From NCBI GenBank assembly GCA_950097015.1, contig CATNEN010000001.1, positions 27,218,001-27,282,000 on the forward strand: a DNA stretch of 64,000 bases, in the 5' to 3' direction. The stretch is from Macrostomum hystrix (Eukaryota; Animalia; Platyhelminthes). Positions 11,601 through 25,460 of the stretch are shown in pieces (position 1 is the first letter of the stretch; each line of letters begins with the position of its first letter). A program made the position numbers and the translations under genes. The notes beneath the pieces are model-generated. The model had not been told where the DNA came from. It worked only from the letters and a program-made list of their open reading frames with translations, and ran no database searches.

Positions 11601-14600
11601 CGGCCCTCCCCTGCGCCCTCTCGCATCTTCAAAGTGCCGGCACCGCTGCGGTGTGGGCCCGTTTCCGGCCCTGCCTCTCCTGTCCCTTTTTAGCTCTCTG
11701 TGTGCAGTAGCTGCTCTATTTCTGTATTATGCTCGCCCTATTCTAATGCTGTATAGTCTAACTTAGCTCGCTCTGCGTGACAGTTAGGTGAGTTGAGCAC
11801 ACACTGGGATATATATATATATATTTGAGCTAAATATCTGTACCTAATGCAGTTTCATGTGTGCTCATTGCTCACAGATGTCAGCTTCTGCTAGCCCCCT
11901 CTGTATAGTACTCATGGTGTAACTACAGGTACAGCTCAATCCTACGCTGTGAGCTGGGGGGCTGTATAGATGCCGCTGCTTTATAATATTAATAGTACCT
12001 GCAGCACCTCCTCACCTCCATGTCGGCGTCTCAAAGGGAGCCGCAGTCGCTCCATCACGTCACAGCGGAATATATGTGAGGGCCCAGTGCGACTTTAGAA
12101 ATATAGTATAATACAATAATACATTGGACTACTCAAAGCCAGCCTACCCCATGCCGTGCTGTGTTTTTGTGAAGATTGACGAGAATATCAGCCAGGGTCT
12201 ATTGCACAACTTACCTTATGCAGACAGAAGGCATTATCTTTATTGTCTACCGCCATTGTTTCAATTATATATAATTAATTTTTTGTTGTAGATCTTTACC
12301 TGATCCTTACCTTGTTAAATTGTTCTAATCATTTGAACCTCTGAATGAACCCCTCTAGGTAGCTTTGGTAGCTTTGGTAGCTTTGGTAGCTTTGGTAGCT
12401 TTGGTAGCTTTGGAAGCTTTGGTAGCTTTGGTAGCTTTGGTAGCTTTGGTAGCTTTGGTAGCTTTGGAAGCTTTGGTAGCTTTGGTAGCTTTGGTAGCTT
12501 TATCTGTCAGCTACCAAAAAACTACCTCTATAACAGTCAATCTATCAGCCTATAGCCTCTCAATCGAATTCTCTTTGTGCTCAGTCTATCTTGCTACCTG
12601 TGCAATGACAGAAAACATCTCAAGATTCTTCCCGCCTACAATGCCCGCACCGCCAGACTGCTGCAGAGCTTTTCTGCCAGCAACAGTCGACTAGCAGCCT
12701 ACATGCTGGCGACTCGGCTGCGCCTAGTATTGGGCACCAGCAGCAGCAGCAGCTCGGCCTACAGCAGCAGTCCTCCAAGAAGCAACAGCAGCAGCAGCAG
12801 CATCAACTTTACCTGCTGGCTGCAGCGGCTGCGGCTGCCGCGGCTGCGTCAGCGTCAGACATACCGGAGGAGGACGACAGCTCCTACTGCCAAGCGGCAA
12901 CTGGAGCAGCAGCCTCCGTTGACACGGACACCGCCGAATTCCTGGGAGGCATCGATGGCATGTCGACTGCGCCCGCCGGCGTGGAAGTCTGGCCAGAAGG
13001 CCTCCGCTGCCTGCTCGAAGATGCCGAGGCGGTGCTCACCTTTCGAGACTACCTGGACGAATCGAGCGACCCTGCGGCGGCGAGGGCCTTCGATTTCTAC
13101 TTTGCTGTGAAAGGCCTTAAGTCTGGTCAGCAACAGCAGCAGCAGCAGCTGGTTCAGGAGGCTGCTGACGCCGGACCGTCCAGGTAAGCGAGGCATCTAA
13201 GAGTGGACACCTCATGACTCAGAAGTGGAAGTAATGTACTGGCAGTGGTGTATTGGCAGTGGTGTATTGGCAGTGGTGTATTGGCAGTGGTGTATTGGCA
13301 GTGGTGTATTGGCAGTGGTGTATTGGCAGTGGTGTATTGGCAGTGGTGTACTGGCAGTGGTGTATTGGCAGTGGTGTATTGGCAGTGGTGTATTGGCAGT
13401 GGTGTATTGGCAGTGGTGTATTGGCATTGGTGTACTGGCAGTGGTGTATTGGCAGTGGTGTATTGGCATTGGTGTACTGGCAGTGGTGTATTGGCAGTGG
13501 TGTATTGGCAGTGGTGTATTGGCAGTGGTGTATTGGCAGTGGTGTATTGGCAGTGGTGTACTGGCAGTGGTGTATTGGCAGTGGTGTATTGGCAGTGGTG
13601 TATTGGCAGTGGTGTATTGGCAGTGGTGTATTGGCAGTGGTGTATTGGCAGTGGTGTACCGGCAGTGGTGTATTGGCAGTGGTGTATTGGCAGTGGTGTA
13701 TTGGCAGTGGTGTATTGGCAGTTGGTGTATCGGCAGTGGAGTGATGGGTTCCAGAATGATTAGCATATCTGATCTATGTGAGATTAGGCAAGCTACCCCC
13801 CAACAAATCTGCGTCCTCAGGCGGTGTCCCAAGCTGATTCGCCTCATCGCCAAGCGCTACATCATGTCCGAGGACTCCTCCGTGCCCGTCATCAGCCAGG
13901 CCACGCGCCTTGCCGTCCAGTCGCGCCTCCGATCGGGCACAGCGGTGGACGCCAGCGTCTTCGACACCGCCCTGGCGGAGGCGGCTCGCTACCTGGCTGA
14001 GTCCGCCTACCCGGCCTTCCTGCGCTCCGACCGATGGCTGTCGTGCGCTGCCCGCCTGCCCACGCTGCACGAGGATCGCGAGCTTCTGCTCAGGGCGCAG
14101 CAGCAGCAGCAGTCCCTGGGTCCCGTGCTGGTCGGCCTGACCAGGGACAACCTTCTGGCCACCAGACACCATCGAGGCCGCGGCAGCGGCTCTGACCGAC
14201 TCCTGCCTGCTGGGTGAGCATCTGGCAGCTAAACTGAGTTTATACTGTGATTCTAATCCTTAGTTGATTCTGAGTTAATCCTTAATTAATCCTGATTTAG
14301 TCTTGAGTTAAGCCTTATGATAATAAGACTTGCAGGAGCGCTGCGAGCAATGGCACATCGTTTAGTGGCGCCAGATCCAGGGCCAGCGAGGAGGCACTTC
14401 TGCCCATGTCGCTCACTCCTGAGCACATACGCACACCGATACCGTACGCAAGCACACGCTCACACAGGTGTGTACATCTGCCCTGACTTTCTCTTCGTTA
14501 GGCAGTGTACACTGCCACTGTGCCTTGGAGGTTGGCCCTCAAAAGGGCGTAAAACGTACGACAAGCCCCAAAATTCACGTGGCCTCGCAGAGGAATCGAG

Positions 14601-15305
14601 CTCAGGGACCTTGATGCGAGAGGCAAGTGCGTTAGACCGCCCAATTTATCCACAAACACCTTGCCAGGTGAATAAATCCAACCTGCACTAATCGAGTGCA
14701 ATTCTAAAATACTAACAAGTCCAGTCATTTAACTGCAGAATCGAAAAAAAGTTTTTTTCGACAGAACTTATTTTCGACTGCACCAAGAGGCAATGATGTT
14801 TCCATCGGGCCTTCTCTTCCCCTCTCCTCTTTCTTCTGCGCAGAATTTGACGTAGGTTCCTCACCAAACCCTGCTTTCTAGGAATTGCAGCAGCAGCTAC
14901 GCTGGCCCGCGAGGGGGTGGCTGGTCCGCAACTTGGGTACTCTGTGCAGCTGCAAAAGTGCACACCCTGTGACCCCGGCTGCCGCCCCATCCTTTGATGT
15001 CCCATGACCGCCGCTGCTGCTACGAAGCATTCTTGCAGTTTTCCTTTCTTCATTAGCTAAAAAACACCTATTTTTTAGCACGGCCCTTCCACAGCTCATG
15101 CTATAGAACACAAAGGCAGCTTTGATAAATAAAACAAAGGGCTTTGTTTCCTGCAGGGGATTTTCTCCCAGTTTTTGCAACGCTGACTTCGGTTCACTTT
15201 CCCCGCTGAATGGGATGATACGCAACGCCTGGTCGGAGAAAGAGGCGCAGGATCGATCTAACTGCGTATTTATCCCTATGGCTTTTTTCCCCTTTCTCCC
15301 TGCTT

Positions 15306-15336
<31 letters not shown>

Positions 15337-18300
15337 CATTGACTTCCCCAAAGCCGGTAAATTTGGGCGCGCTACAACAATCGGGCTATGCGCACATGGG
15401 CCAAAGCCTTCCCCGTTGATGGAGGGATATCGTATCACCCCGACATAGCCATTGCTAGTGATCCCAACCTGTATTCGTGTGTGGCCCAACACAAACACGC
15501 GCGATTTGCCGTCAGTTCTGAGCCATCGCAGCCTGAATCTGGCATGCCCCCAGGTATTTGATACATTGCCGAGTGTTGGACTGCGCCGCCAGAGATAGTA
15601 TAGGTAGGCCCCTATAAATAAAAATGCCGCCCGCAGTTTCACTTTCATCTGTCTCTCCCTTTCCCGATTTCTGCTTCTTTGCCTCCAGCGAACCTGCCTC
15701 CCCACCTATATTACCGACATAGAATATATTCTTTGAACTTTGTCGCTGCCGCCGGCAGGCACTACACGCGATAGCGGCATAGAGACCCCGATCGGTGGAA
15801 TTTATTCTCCTAAATGCTGTGTGTGTTTTCCCAGTTCTAAATATCTCTATGCAATCTCCATGTTTAACTATTGTCTATAGCGATTCCATTTCTATCTGAT
15901 TTCCGCTAAACAAAAGAGAAATCTGACTTCATTGTTCTGGCATTGTAGCGCGGGGCCGTTCTGCTCAGGAGCAAAGCAGATTTTCTTTCGTTATTGAATT
16001 TTTCAGTCCGATCGGATCTGATAGCGCTCGCCTTCCTGTCTCGCCTTCTCGCCCTCCTGCTTATTGGAATCCGCGCGCGTCTCGAGTGTGTTGAGAGCAG
16101 CTCGCGTTTGGTTTCCTGGGCTCCCGTGTCCGCTCTCCAGGTGGTCCAGAGCCCCGCCCACCCAGCTCAAGAGGATCTCCTTCCCCACCCTCTTAGAAGA
16201 ATCTTCCCCACTCAATTCTCCTTTTGCCCCGCCTATTGCTCCCCTAGTCTACTCTTGCTCTTCCCTTTCACCCGTGTTGTGTGCTCAAAGGCCGGAGGGG
16301 GGCGGGGCAGCTGCTCAAGCCGCAGTCCATGCGCCTCTTGTTGTTCTCCCACATCAAGCGCTCTTCTTACACATTACCCTCCCCGCTGTTTGCTTTGGCC
16401 CCGGGTCGTTGCCACCCCAAAGCCAACAGACTGCCAAGCTGATGGATTGCTCAGGGCCAGTCCGTATGGCGTGTAATTTCTTTCTTTTCCCTTTGTGTTT
16501 GCTGACAATGCCAGCCCTGATGAATCGGCCATAAATTGGGAGATCCATCTTTGCCAACCACCTGTTCGGCACAGGGTGAGCGGTTCACTGTCCCGGGGCT
16601 CTGGGGAAAAGCTTGCCAAGCTGTTGCGTAACCGACATTGCTAAAATCTTCCCCGATTTTTTATTGCCATTTTCGGGACATTAAGATTTGGGAACAGACA
16701 GTGCATCCCGTCTCTGTTGCTGCTTCACTTTCCGATTTAATAAATTGTAACACTCGCCTCTCGCACTACCATAAACCCGACCTGCATGGCACGGATGCTG
16801 CTGCTGCTGCTGCATTTTGCAAGTGCCGCCACCGACCGGTTTCAGAGGCCCACGCAATGCCACAGTTCGATGAACGGACGAAGAGAGGGAAAGAGGAGAG
16901 AGAGGAACAGGGAATCGGATAGCTTGTAACTGCAGCGATGTGAAGCAAAAAATCTGCAAAGAAGCAGTATATAGGCTAATACGAGTATGTTATACATGCA
17001 CGCATTGCGTACTGTACCAGATGCACCGAGCGGTGAAAGTACAACTGGTTTCTTCCGCTTGCCTTTGGCACCTCTCCTATTTTGTCCTCAGCTGTTTCCT
17101 CTCATTCACTGCAATGGCCTCCAACCAAAATAGGCTTGCAGTTGTGTCCATTGCGGGTGCGGAACAGTATAAACTGCAATTCGAGCTCTGAACTTCCTTT
17201 GCGAAAATGCGTGTTTTATGAACCACCCAGCCAGGAGTCCCGTGACCTCAAGACCGCTCTAAATCGCCAAGGAAAGCAGATTTTTAAATCATGGTGGGGG
17301 CAGATTTAGCCTAAGATCCAATATCCCTTAGTGGGGCTGACTCCTCTGTGTGTGAGATCGTCCTGAGCCACACGAACTCACACCTCCGTGACTCCCGGCT
17401 CGTCTGTGTTGAAGTGGCCCCGAGGGCGGGGCCGGACCTTCCACTCGAGCTCGACTCAGGCCCGCCACCCCGCTGTGCTTAGGATCTGAGCAGTGTGCTG
17501 AGCGTTGTTTAAATAATTTAATTCCTTCCTGTGTTGGTAGGGCGGAGTTGAGTAGGTCGTGACTAGCGAACGGCCGCTGGGTTCTGTAGACTGTGGGGAG
17601 TTGAGCTTTTTAAGCTATTACGTAATCAGCATATTGTTCAGAATCTCAATAAATCGTGTCAGTTTTTTTAAATAGAAATATGAGAGCATTGCTCAGCCTA
17701 TTCAGCCTATGTGGCATTTTTTCATGCCTAAACTGGAAACTAGGCAGGGAACTCAACAGCTGAGTTCAGAATTCTGAATTCAGAGACAAGAGATTGACGT
17801 GTGCTCAGGATTGATACAGGAGATTCAGGTGTGCTCAGGATTGAGACAGGAGATTCAGGTGTGCTCAGGATTGAAACAGGAGATTCAGGTGTGCTCAGGA
17901 TATTGAGACAGGAGATTCAGGTGTGTTCAGGATTGAGACAGGAGATTCAGGTGTGCTCAGGATTGAGACAGGAGATTCAGGTGTGTTCAGGATTGAAACA
18001 GGAGATTCAGGTGTGCTCAGGATTGAAACAGGAGATTCAGGTGTGCTCAGGATTGAAACAGGAGATTCAGGTGTGCTCAGGATTGAAACAGGAGATTCAG
18101 GTGTGCTCAGGATTGAAACAGGAGATTCAGGTGTGCTCAGGATTGAAACAGGAGATTCAGGTGTGCTTAGGATTGAAACAGGAGATTCAGGTGTGCTCAG
18201 GATTGAAACAGGAGATTCAGGTGTGCTCAGGATTGAGACAGGAGATTCAGGTGTGTTCAGGATTGAAACAGGAGATTCAGGTGTGCTCAGGATTGAGACA

Positions 18301-21300
18301 GGAGATTCAGGTGTGCTCAGGATTGATACAGGAGATTCAGGTGTGCTCAGGATTGAGACAGGAGATTCAGGTGTGTTCAGGATTGAGACAGGAGATTCAG
18401 GTGTGTTCAGGATTGAGACAGGAGATTCAGGTGTGCTCAGGATTGAGACAGGAGATTCAGGTGTGCTCAGGATTGAGACAGGAGATTCAGGTGTGTTCAG
18501 GATTGAGACAGGAGATTCAGGTGTGCTCAGGATTGATACAGGAGATTCAGGTGTGCTCAGGATTGAGACAGGAGATTCAGGTGTGCTCAGGATTGAGACA
18601 GGAGATTCAGGTGTGTTCAGGATTGATACAGGAGATTCAGGTGTGCTCAGGATTGATACAGGAGATTCAGGTGTGCTCAGGATTGAGACAGGAGATTCAG
18701 GTGTGTTCAGGATTGATACAGGAGATTCAGGTGTGCTCAGGATTGATACAGGAGATTCAGGTGTGCTCAGGATTGAAACAGGAGATTCAGGTGTGTTCAG
18801 GATTGAAACAGGAGATTCAGGTGTGCTCAGGATTGATACAGGAGATTCAGGTGTGCTCAGGATTGAAACAGGAGATTCAGGTGTGCTCAGGATTGAGACA
18901 GGAGATTCAGGTGTGTTCAGGATTGAGACAGGAGATTCAGGTGTGCTCAGGATTGAGACAGGAGATTCAGGTGTGTTCAGGATTGAGACAGGAGATTCAG
19001 GTGTGCTCAGGATTGAGACAGGAGATTCAGGTGTGCTCAGGATTGAGACAGGAGATTCAGGTGTGTTCAGGATTGAGACAGGAGATTCAGGTGTGCTCAG
19101 GATTGAGACAGGAGATTCAGGTGTGCTCAGGATTGAGACAGGAGATTCAGGTGTGCTCAGGATTGAGACAGGAGATTCAGGTGTGTTCAGGATTGAGACA
19201 GGAGATTCAGGTGTGCTCAGGATTGAGACAGGAGATTCAGGTGTGTGGAAGTTAGCTCCCGTGACATTCTAGCAGAAACTGACAGAGCTGCATCAGCTTC
19301 TTCCCCTAAGATGGCATAAATGTTCCCCAAGGGAATAAGTTGACTTCCCCATCGCTGCAGCTGCCGTAAAACTGCCTGGCTGTCAGAATTGTCGCCATAG
19401 AAGTTTATTATGCGATTGCCTTGGATTTTAGTAGGCCCGCCTGTCCGCCCCTCCACTCCCGGAGTATCAGGAGGTTGGAGACCGCCAGAGAGTGGGTCAT
19501 TGCTCCAGTTTATTGCATATGTGCGGCCTCCCCAGACAAAGTAGTGTCGGAGTGTGAGGCGCTGGGATTTTGTTCAACTTCGCGCGCATTGTGGGGTGGT
19601 GGAAAGTGTCACAAAAATTTTACAATTTTACAGCCTTACACGCAGTTTTGAGCAGTTCTGAGCAGTCTTGAGCAATATCCAGCGAAGCATTTGTTTATCA
19701 GGGCAGCGGGAAAGTGAAAACGCGCGCTCAATGCTCGTAAACTGAAGGCGCACCACAGCCCTGCCTAATATAAATGCATATAAAATATAATTTTCTGCTC
19801 AGTTTGCTACTTTTATTAGTTTAATGACGACTGTTTCCTTCGGAGCGACAGTTTATTGAGGCCGTCCCCTGAGCATTATAAAATGTATTAGTGTTTAGAG
19901 CCTGTTGGTCATTGCTTATTATGCTAGCATGGGCCGGTCGTGCACAGTATTGATGTCATGCAGCAGCAGCAGGCAGTGCGCTGATCGTGTTTATGTATAC
20001 CAGTTTATAGGCATGTTGTCCGTCGCAGTATTGGAGAGCCGAATAGGCTGGGATCTGAGGCCGGCGTGTTTATGAGGCCTCGCAATGCTCCGACTGCCAG
20101 CCGCTTTTATAATGCCCATTCAGTGTTTTACAGCTCCTGACGCCCCTCTCTCTCCCTCGGCCTCTCTAACGCTGCCACATGCCCTGCTGGAACAGATACC
20201 GAATGGAGGCAGAGGGCAGCTTGGGTTGGCCGGGTTGGCGCCAACCTCCCTCCCCGGTGCGGTGTATATCAGTACAGAATGAGTCCTGGTCACAGTGACT
20301 GGCTTACGATTTACTCTCGCTCTCCGGTTTCTGACCTGCAGGCCATCCTGCTGCACCAGCATGAGCCAGGCGCTGCCCTACTACACCTCCTACGCACCTG
20401 GCAGCCGGCGCGACTCCGAGCTGCAGTCGCTGCAGTCCTCGGACGCCCTGACCGACGGCGACAACTTGTCGCTCACAGACACGGCCAGCAGCGTTGACGC
20501 AGGTGCCACCTACCGGCCGCACTTGCAGGCCGGCAGCCGCAAGGGCCTTCGCAGAGCAATGCGCTGCGCCGCGGCCGCCAACCGCGACGACCTCGCCAGC
20601 AACGGCGGCGGCAGCGGAGCCAGCAGCTGTCGGCAGCAGCTCCTGCTGCGGCATCAGCACCAGCTGCAGCAGCACGCTGCCTCCTGCCAGTACGACCGCG
20701 ACCTGCCAGTCACGAATCCGGACAAGTTCGCCCGCCTTCTGGCAGACAAGCTGCAGTGCCACCAGCAGGAGCAGAACCTCACCATGTTTCGTACTCCCAG
20801 CGTCCTGTCTAGTGGGGGCAGCGGTCTCGAGGTGCTCAACTCACCATGGGCTCAGCGCATCATTCGGGCCAGTATGAGCAGTCGGGAGAGCAATCCTGAG
20901 GACATCCTCACCGACCACCTTGACCACCTGGACCGCGGCCACGCTGCGCCTCCTGTGCCGCCGCCGCCGCCGCCCCAGCCGCAGCAGCAGGAGTCCTCCG
21001 AGCTAGAGCAGGAGACTCACGTGCACCACTACCATTATTATCACCACTTCCGCGCTAGCGGCAGCGGCGGAAACAGCCTCGTCTGCGGTGGCGATGTCGG
21101 CGCCGCGTCCACTGCCGGCGACAGCGGCTTCGGCACAATCTCTTCCTCCAGCCGCTACGGCGCCGTTCGCTCCTCCGCCGCCGCCGCCGCTGCTGCCACC
21201 TCAATTGCGTCGACCTCCGCCTCGGTGCACCGTCAGCAGCTGGCCCAGCATGTCTCCAGTCAGCTCGCTGCCACTGCCCGCTGCGACCAACCCCGCCAGC

Positions 21301-21656
21301 CCTTCATGATTGACAGCAACATGCCGGTCATGGACAAGCCCAATCCGGACACCACTATCGTTGAGGCTCGCCGGCGGTTGGAAGAGGTCAGCCTGCAGCA
21401 GCAGCAGCCCCTGACCATCGGCTACTTCTTGTGCGGCGACTCGGTGCCGTACAGGCACGCCTGGCCCGGCCCCAGCATCACTCTGGGCCAGTTCAAGCAG
21501 CTCATGGCCAAGAAGGGGAGCTATCGCTACTTCTTCAAGCGCCGCTGCGACGAATTCGTTGTTGGCGGCGCCGTGCACGAGGAGGTCACGGAGGACTCGG
21601 AAGTGCTGCCGTTGTGGGAGGGCAAAGTCATTGGCCGGGTGGAGCGAGTGGAGTAG
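8671..21656 (+). CDS. axin: Axin (Wnt/beta-catenin destruction-complex scaffold), ~760 aa; exons 8671-8673, 12612-13183, 13821-14213, 20342-21656
   Basis: RGS domain (WPEGLRCLLEDAEAVLTFRDYL...FDFYFAVKGLK / LIAKRYI...YPAFLRSD), conserved DSELQSLQSSDA..SLTD, GSK3-binding helix (NPDKFARLLADKL), beta-catenin-binding motif (SNPEDILTDHL), and C-terminal DIX domain (YFLCGDSVPY...TLGQFKQLMAKKGSYRYFFK...LPLWEGKVIGRVERVE*). All introns are GT-AG and phases match (2283 nt). The ATG-only first exon (aaaATG|gtgagc) and the acceptor at 12611 are the least certain parts. Confidence 0.93.
9645..9930 (-). mobile_element. tRNA-derived SINE, family A (degenerate copy)
   Basis: Aligns by eye with 14318-14645 (ctcctgagcaca..., tctgccctgactttctc...ggcagtgtacact...). 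Minus-strand A-box-like TGGCAGAGCGG and an AT-rich simple-repeat tail. Confidence 0.7.
12360..12500. repeat. 9-bp minisatellite (agctttggt)n in Axin intron 1
   Basis: ~15 tandem units. Confidence 0.95.
13236..13740. repeat. 15-bp minisatellite (tggcagtggtgtat[t/c])n in Axin intron 2
   Basis: Tandem array filling most of the intron between the two RGS exons. Confidence 0.95.
14318..14645 (-). mobile_element. tRNA-derived SINE, family A
   Basis: Minus-strand head gcggtctaacgcac...gagctcgattcc (B-box-like). The body is shared with 9645-9930, and the ends are shared with 39210-39270 and 40610-40690. Confidence 0.75.
14981..15000 (+). promoter_or_regulatory. Putative TCF site CCTTTGATGT with helper GCCGCC, Axin intron 3
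   Basis: gccgcc (14981-14986), 4 nt spacer, then cctttgatgt (14991-15000). Confidence 0.5.
17800..19246. repeat. 30-bp minisatellite (gtgctcaggattgagacaggagattcaggt)n in Axin intron 3
   Basis: ~48 highly homogeneous units. Confidence 0.97.
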
Positions 21657-22489
21657 TGGACTCCCAACTCAGCTTGCGATTTCTCCTCCACTGGGCCATC
21701 GCCTCACCCCTAGCACCAGCGCGCTCACTTCCTCCTCATCAACTCTGTGATGTACAGAACAGTACAGGTGGTGTGTCTATAGCTGTAACGCCGAGTATAC
21801 TTATCGATTCCCCCCTCTGTTCAAATTTTATTTTCGGTCTAACAATTCGAAGACGTCAGCCTTTGCCGTGCAATATTTCAGTCTCCCATTCAGCTATACT
21901 GTCGGGTTCACTTCCCAGTTGATGGAGGGGTGTTTTTCGTATGAAAATCATTTTTTTCGGTAGCCAAGCGCTGAAATTTCATTTAAAAACCTCGATTAGC
22001 CGCTTCTAATTCGCGTTCAAAGTTTATTTTCTGTCTGTGTTCTTTTTTAATCTTCCTTTAATCAAAAAGCCTAGTTTCATGCTCACCGCTGGGGGTTTAG
22101 CTGCTGCTGCTGCTGCTGCTGTTGTACAATGTAAAGAACCTATGGAAATATCTATTGAACTCTCTTGAATATTAACAGTTCGTATTTTCTATTGTTTTAC
22201 TTTGCCTCCTCTCTTTGTGTCCATTTTTGAAATGCCATCGGCCCCCTGCAGTGCGCATCCATCCCCTTGCGCTGAAGTTCATGCCTGGCTCTTCCCGAAA
22301 TGCTCGATTCGAACTCATAACAACTCCCGCATAGGTGAGTTCTTCGAAGTTTTATAAAATAAATTCTAGCAATATCAGTTTGTGCTCATTCCGCCTTTTA
22401 GTTTATTGTCTTGGAGACGATGTGTTTTAGATTCGAATGGAATTTGAAATGGAATGCATGAGCAGTTGTGATTTGGGATTAAAGACAAA

Positions 22490-23320
22490 ATATTCAGGCG
22501 CGATGAAGGATAAAAAGATAGATGATTCAGGTGTGATAGAGGATAAAAATATTTGATGATTCAGGTGTGATAGAGGATAAAAATATTTGATGATTCAGGT
22601 GTGATTGAGGATAAAAAGATTTGATGATTCAGGTGTGATTGAGGATAAAAAGATTTGATGATTCAGGTGTGATTGAGGATAAAAAGATTTGATGATTCAG
22701 GTGTGATTGAGGGTACAAAGATTTGATGATTCAGGTGTGATTGAGGGTACAAAGATTTGATGATTCAGGTGTGATTGAGGGTACAAAGATTTGATGATTC
22801 AGGTGTGATAGAGGATAAAAATATTTGATGATTCAGGTGTGATAGAGGATAAAAAGATTTGATGATTCAGGTGTGATTGAGGGTACAAAGATTTGATGAT
22901 TCAGGTGTGATTGAGGGTACAAAGATTTGATGATTCAGGTGTGATTGGGGGTACAAAGATTTGATGAATCAGGTGTGATTGGGGGTACAAAGATTTGATG
23001 ATTCAGGTGTGATAGAGGGTAAAAATATTTAATGAATCAGGTGTGATTGGGGGTACAAAGATTTGATGATTCAGGTGTGATTGGGGGTACAAAGATTTGA
23101 TGATTCAGGTGTGATTGAGGGTACAAATATTTGATGAATCAGGTGTGATAGAGGATAAAACTATTTGATGAATCAGGTGTGATAGAGGATAAAACTATTT
23201 GATGAATCAGGTGTGATAGAGGATAAAACTATTTGATGATTCAGGCGCGATAGAGGATAAAAATGTTTGATGAATCAGGTGTGATTGGGGGTAAAAAGAT
23301 TTGATTAATCAGGTGTGTGG
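22490..23320. repeat. 34-bp minisatellite (tcaggtgtgattgagggtacaaagatttgatgat)n
   Basis: ~24 units downstream of the Axin AATAAA (22358). Confidence 0.95.
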
Positions 23321-24709
23321 GAGGATATATAGGGTGCGATTTGGGATAAATCGGTCAGATATCGCTTTGGGATAAGGGCTAGAATATTTATTTGGCTTTC
23401 TAATTCTTGCGATCAAAATGAGGGAAAATTAATCAGATGTTACTGGTATTCTTCTTAATTGCGGAATTTAACTTATCGAGTCAGCTACACTTTAATGTGA
23501 ATAATTGTAACTCATTTTTATGACTTGCAATATAAGCTGCTTTGATTGCTATATTGGAATCCAAGAAATTATTGATTCTGCTGATTGCCCATTTATATCT
23601 TTTTTAATGCTTTATGAGTCATTTTATTGGGTCTGAAGTTAAGCATCACGTCTGACTTCTCAGAGCGACGGTAATCCTATAATGTGCCAGCAATTCTTTC
23701 AGTCTGGCAGCATGGCAGCCATTTCGTTTTATTGCTTAGGCCATTATCAGAGCCTGTAAAATGTTAAATTAGTATTTGTTATTAATAGCATAATTGCATT
23801 TTATAGCCCAACTAACCAACACGACAAATATGCGACACAAAAGACAGTGAATTTCCCCTGTGCATTTACATTCAGACACCTGCTGAGGTACTATCGAATA
23901 TTAACCAGCTGCAGCTGCAGTTTTATTGCTTGACTCTATTAAATGCTTGCCAAATACTCAGAAAATAGAATATTATTGCTGCATTACATTTTGGCACTTG
24001 GGCTAAAAACTACCTGGAAAATTCGCAATATATAAGCTTCACAATCCTGGAAGCTATCCTCTGTCTCATCTTCCTTGAATCCTTACGACAACAGACAACA
24101 AACCGAAGACCTCACAAGCGGAGGCGGCTGTGCTAATTGAATAAATATTGTATCCGTGATGCAGAACCAAACACCGAAATACAATTAGAATGTATTATTT
24201 CTGGTTCCACTCTACTGCTGTTTCAAATAAAGCGGAAATTATTCTGCTCCACGCTTATTTTATTTTAAATTCAGTTCGCTTAAATTTTGCTTTGATGTCG
24301 CCGCCGCAGTGTTGCAGAAGCAGGCCAGCTAGCTGCCAGTCGGTTTACTATAAATAAAACTGTCCTATGCAAATGCATTCCTCTCTCTAAAGGCGGCTTT
24401 GTCCTGGGGCACACGCGAGTGCCTTGTTGGTAAGGAGGACGGTCCAAATTTAGACCCTCGAAATTCGAAATTCACCGCTTCAGCAACAGCAACATGCATC
24501 CATGGCTGTGGGCAAAGCGCAAGGACTGTACGTCGCATGTAGTGCGCAAGCTCGATTCTGAAAATATACGCTGAAACACGTCAGCAGCTGTTCAATATGG
24601 AGTGGGATCGTTTGTAGTTGTGCATAGTATGTAGGAAATGCACGAGTTGCCTTATGTAAAATAATAAACTTGGATTCGCACATATTGTTTTATCGTCTAT
24701 TTCTGCTCT

Positions 24710-24812
24710 GTTCGTTTGTTTGTTCGTGTTTGATTTTGTCTTTACATTCGTTTCTTTGTTCGTTCGTTCGTTAATTCGTTCGTCCGTTAATTCGTTCGTT
24801 TGCTATTTCGCT

Positions 24813-24843
<31 letters not shown>

Positions 24844-25460
24844 TTGTTCGTTCGTTTGTTCGTTCATTCATTCGTTAGTTTTTTATTTCGTTTATTCGTT
24901 CGTTCGTTCGTTCGTTCCTTCGTTCCTTCGTTCGTTCGTTTGTTCGTTTGTTCGTTCGTTCACTCATTCGTTTGTTTGTTAATTGTTCGTCCGTTCATTC
25001 GTTTTTTGTTAGTTCGTTCATTCGTTCAATCGTTCGTTCGTTTGTTGATTCATTCATCGCTTGTTTTTTATTTCGTTCATTCGTTCGTTCGTTTGTTTGT
25101 TCGTTCGTTCACTCATTCGTTTGTTTGTTCGTCCGTTCATTCGTTTTTTGTTAGTTCGTTCATTCGTTCGATCGTTCGTTCGTTTGTTGATTCATTCATT
25201 CGCTAGATTTTTATTGCGTTCATTCGTTCGTTCGTTCGTTCGTTTATTCGTTCGTTCGTTCCTTCGTTCCTTCGTTCGTTCGTTTGTTCGTTTGTTCACT
25301 CACTCGTTTGTTTTTTCGTCCGTTGTTCGTTCGTTTTTTGTTAGTTCGTTCGTTCGCTTGTTCATTCATCCATTTGTCCGTTTGTTCGTTCATTCATTCG
25401 TTCGTTCGTTTCTTTCTTTCGTTCGTTAGATGGTTTGTTTGTTTGGTTGGTTGGTTGGTT
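24710..25460. repeat. Degenerate (TTCG)n microsatellite
   Basis: Direct inspection. Confidence 0.93.

Noticed and set aside
13212-13820. Long repetitive ORFs (WQWCIGSGVLAVVY)n fused to Axin sequence
   Set aside because: Read-through of an intronic minisatellite. The real exon starts at the acceptor at 13820/13821.
17801-19272. CRISPR-like or repeat-protein interpretation of the 30-bp array
   Set aside because: Head-to-tail units without unique spacers, no cas genes, eukaryotic intron context.
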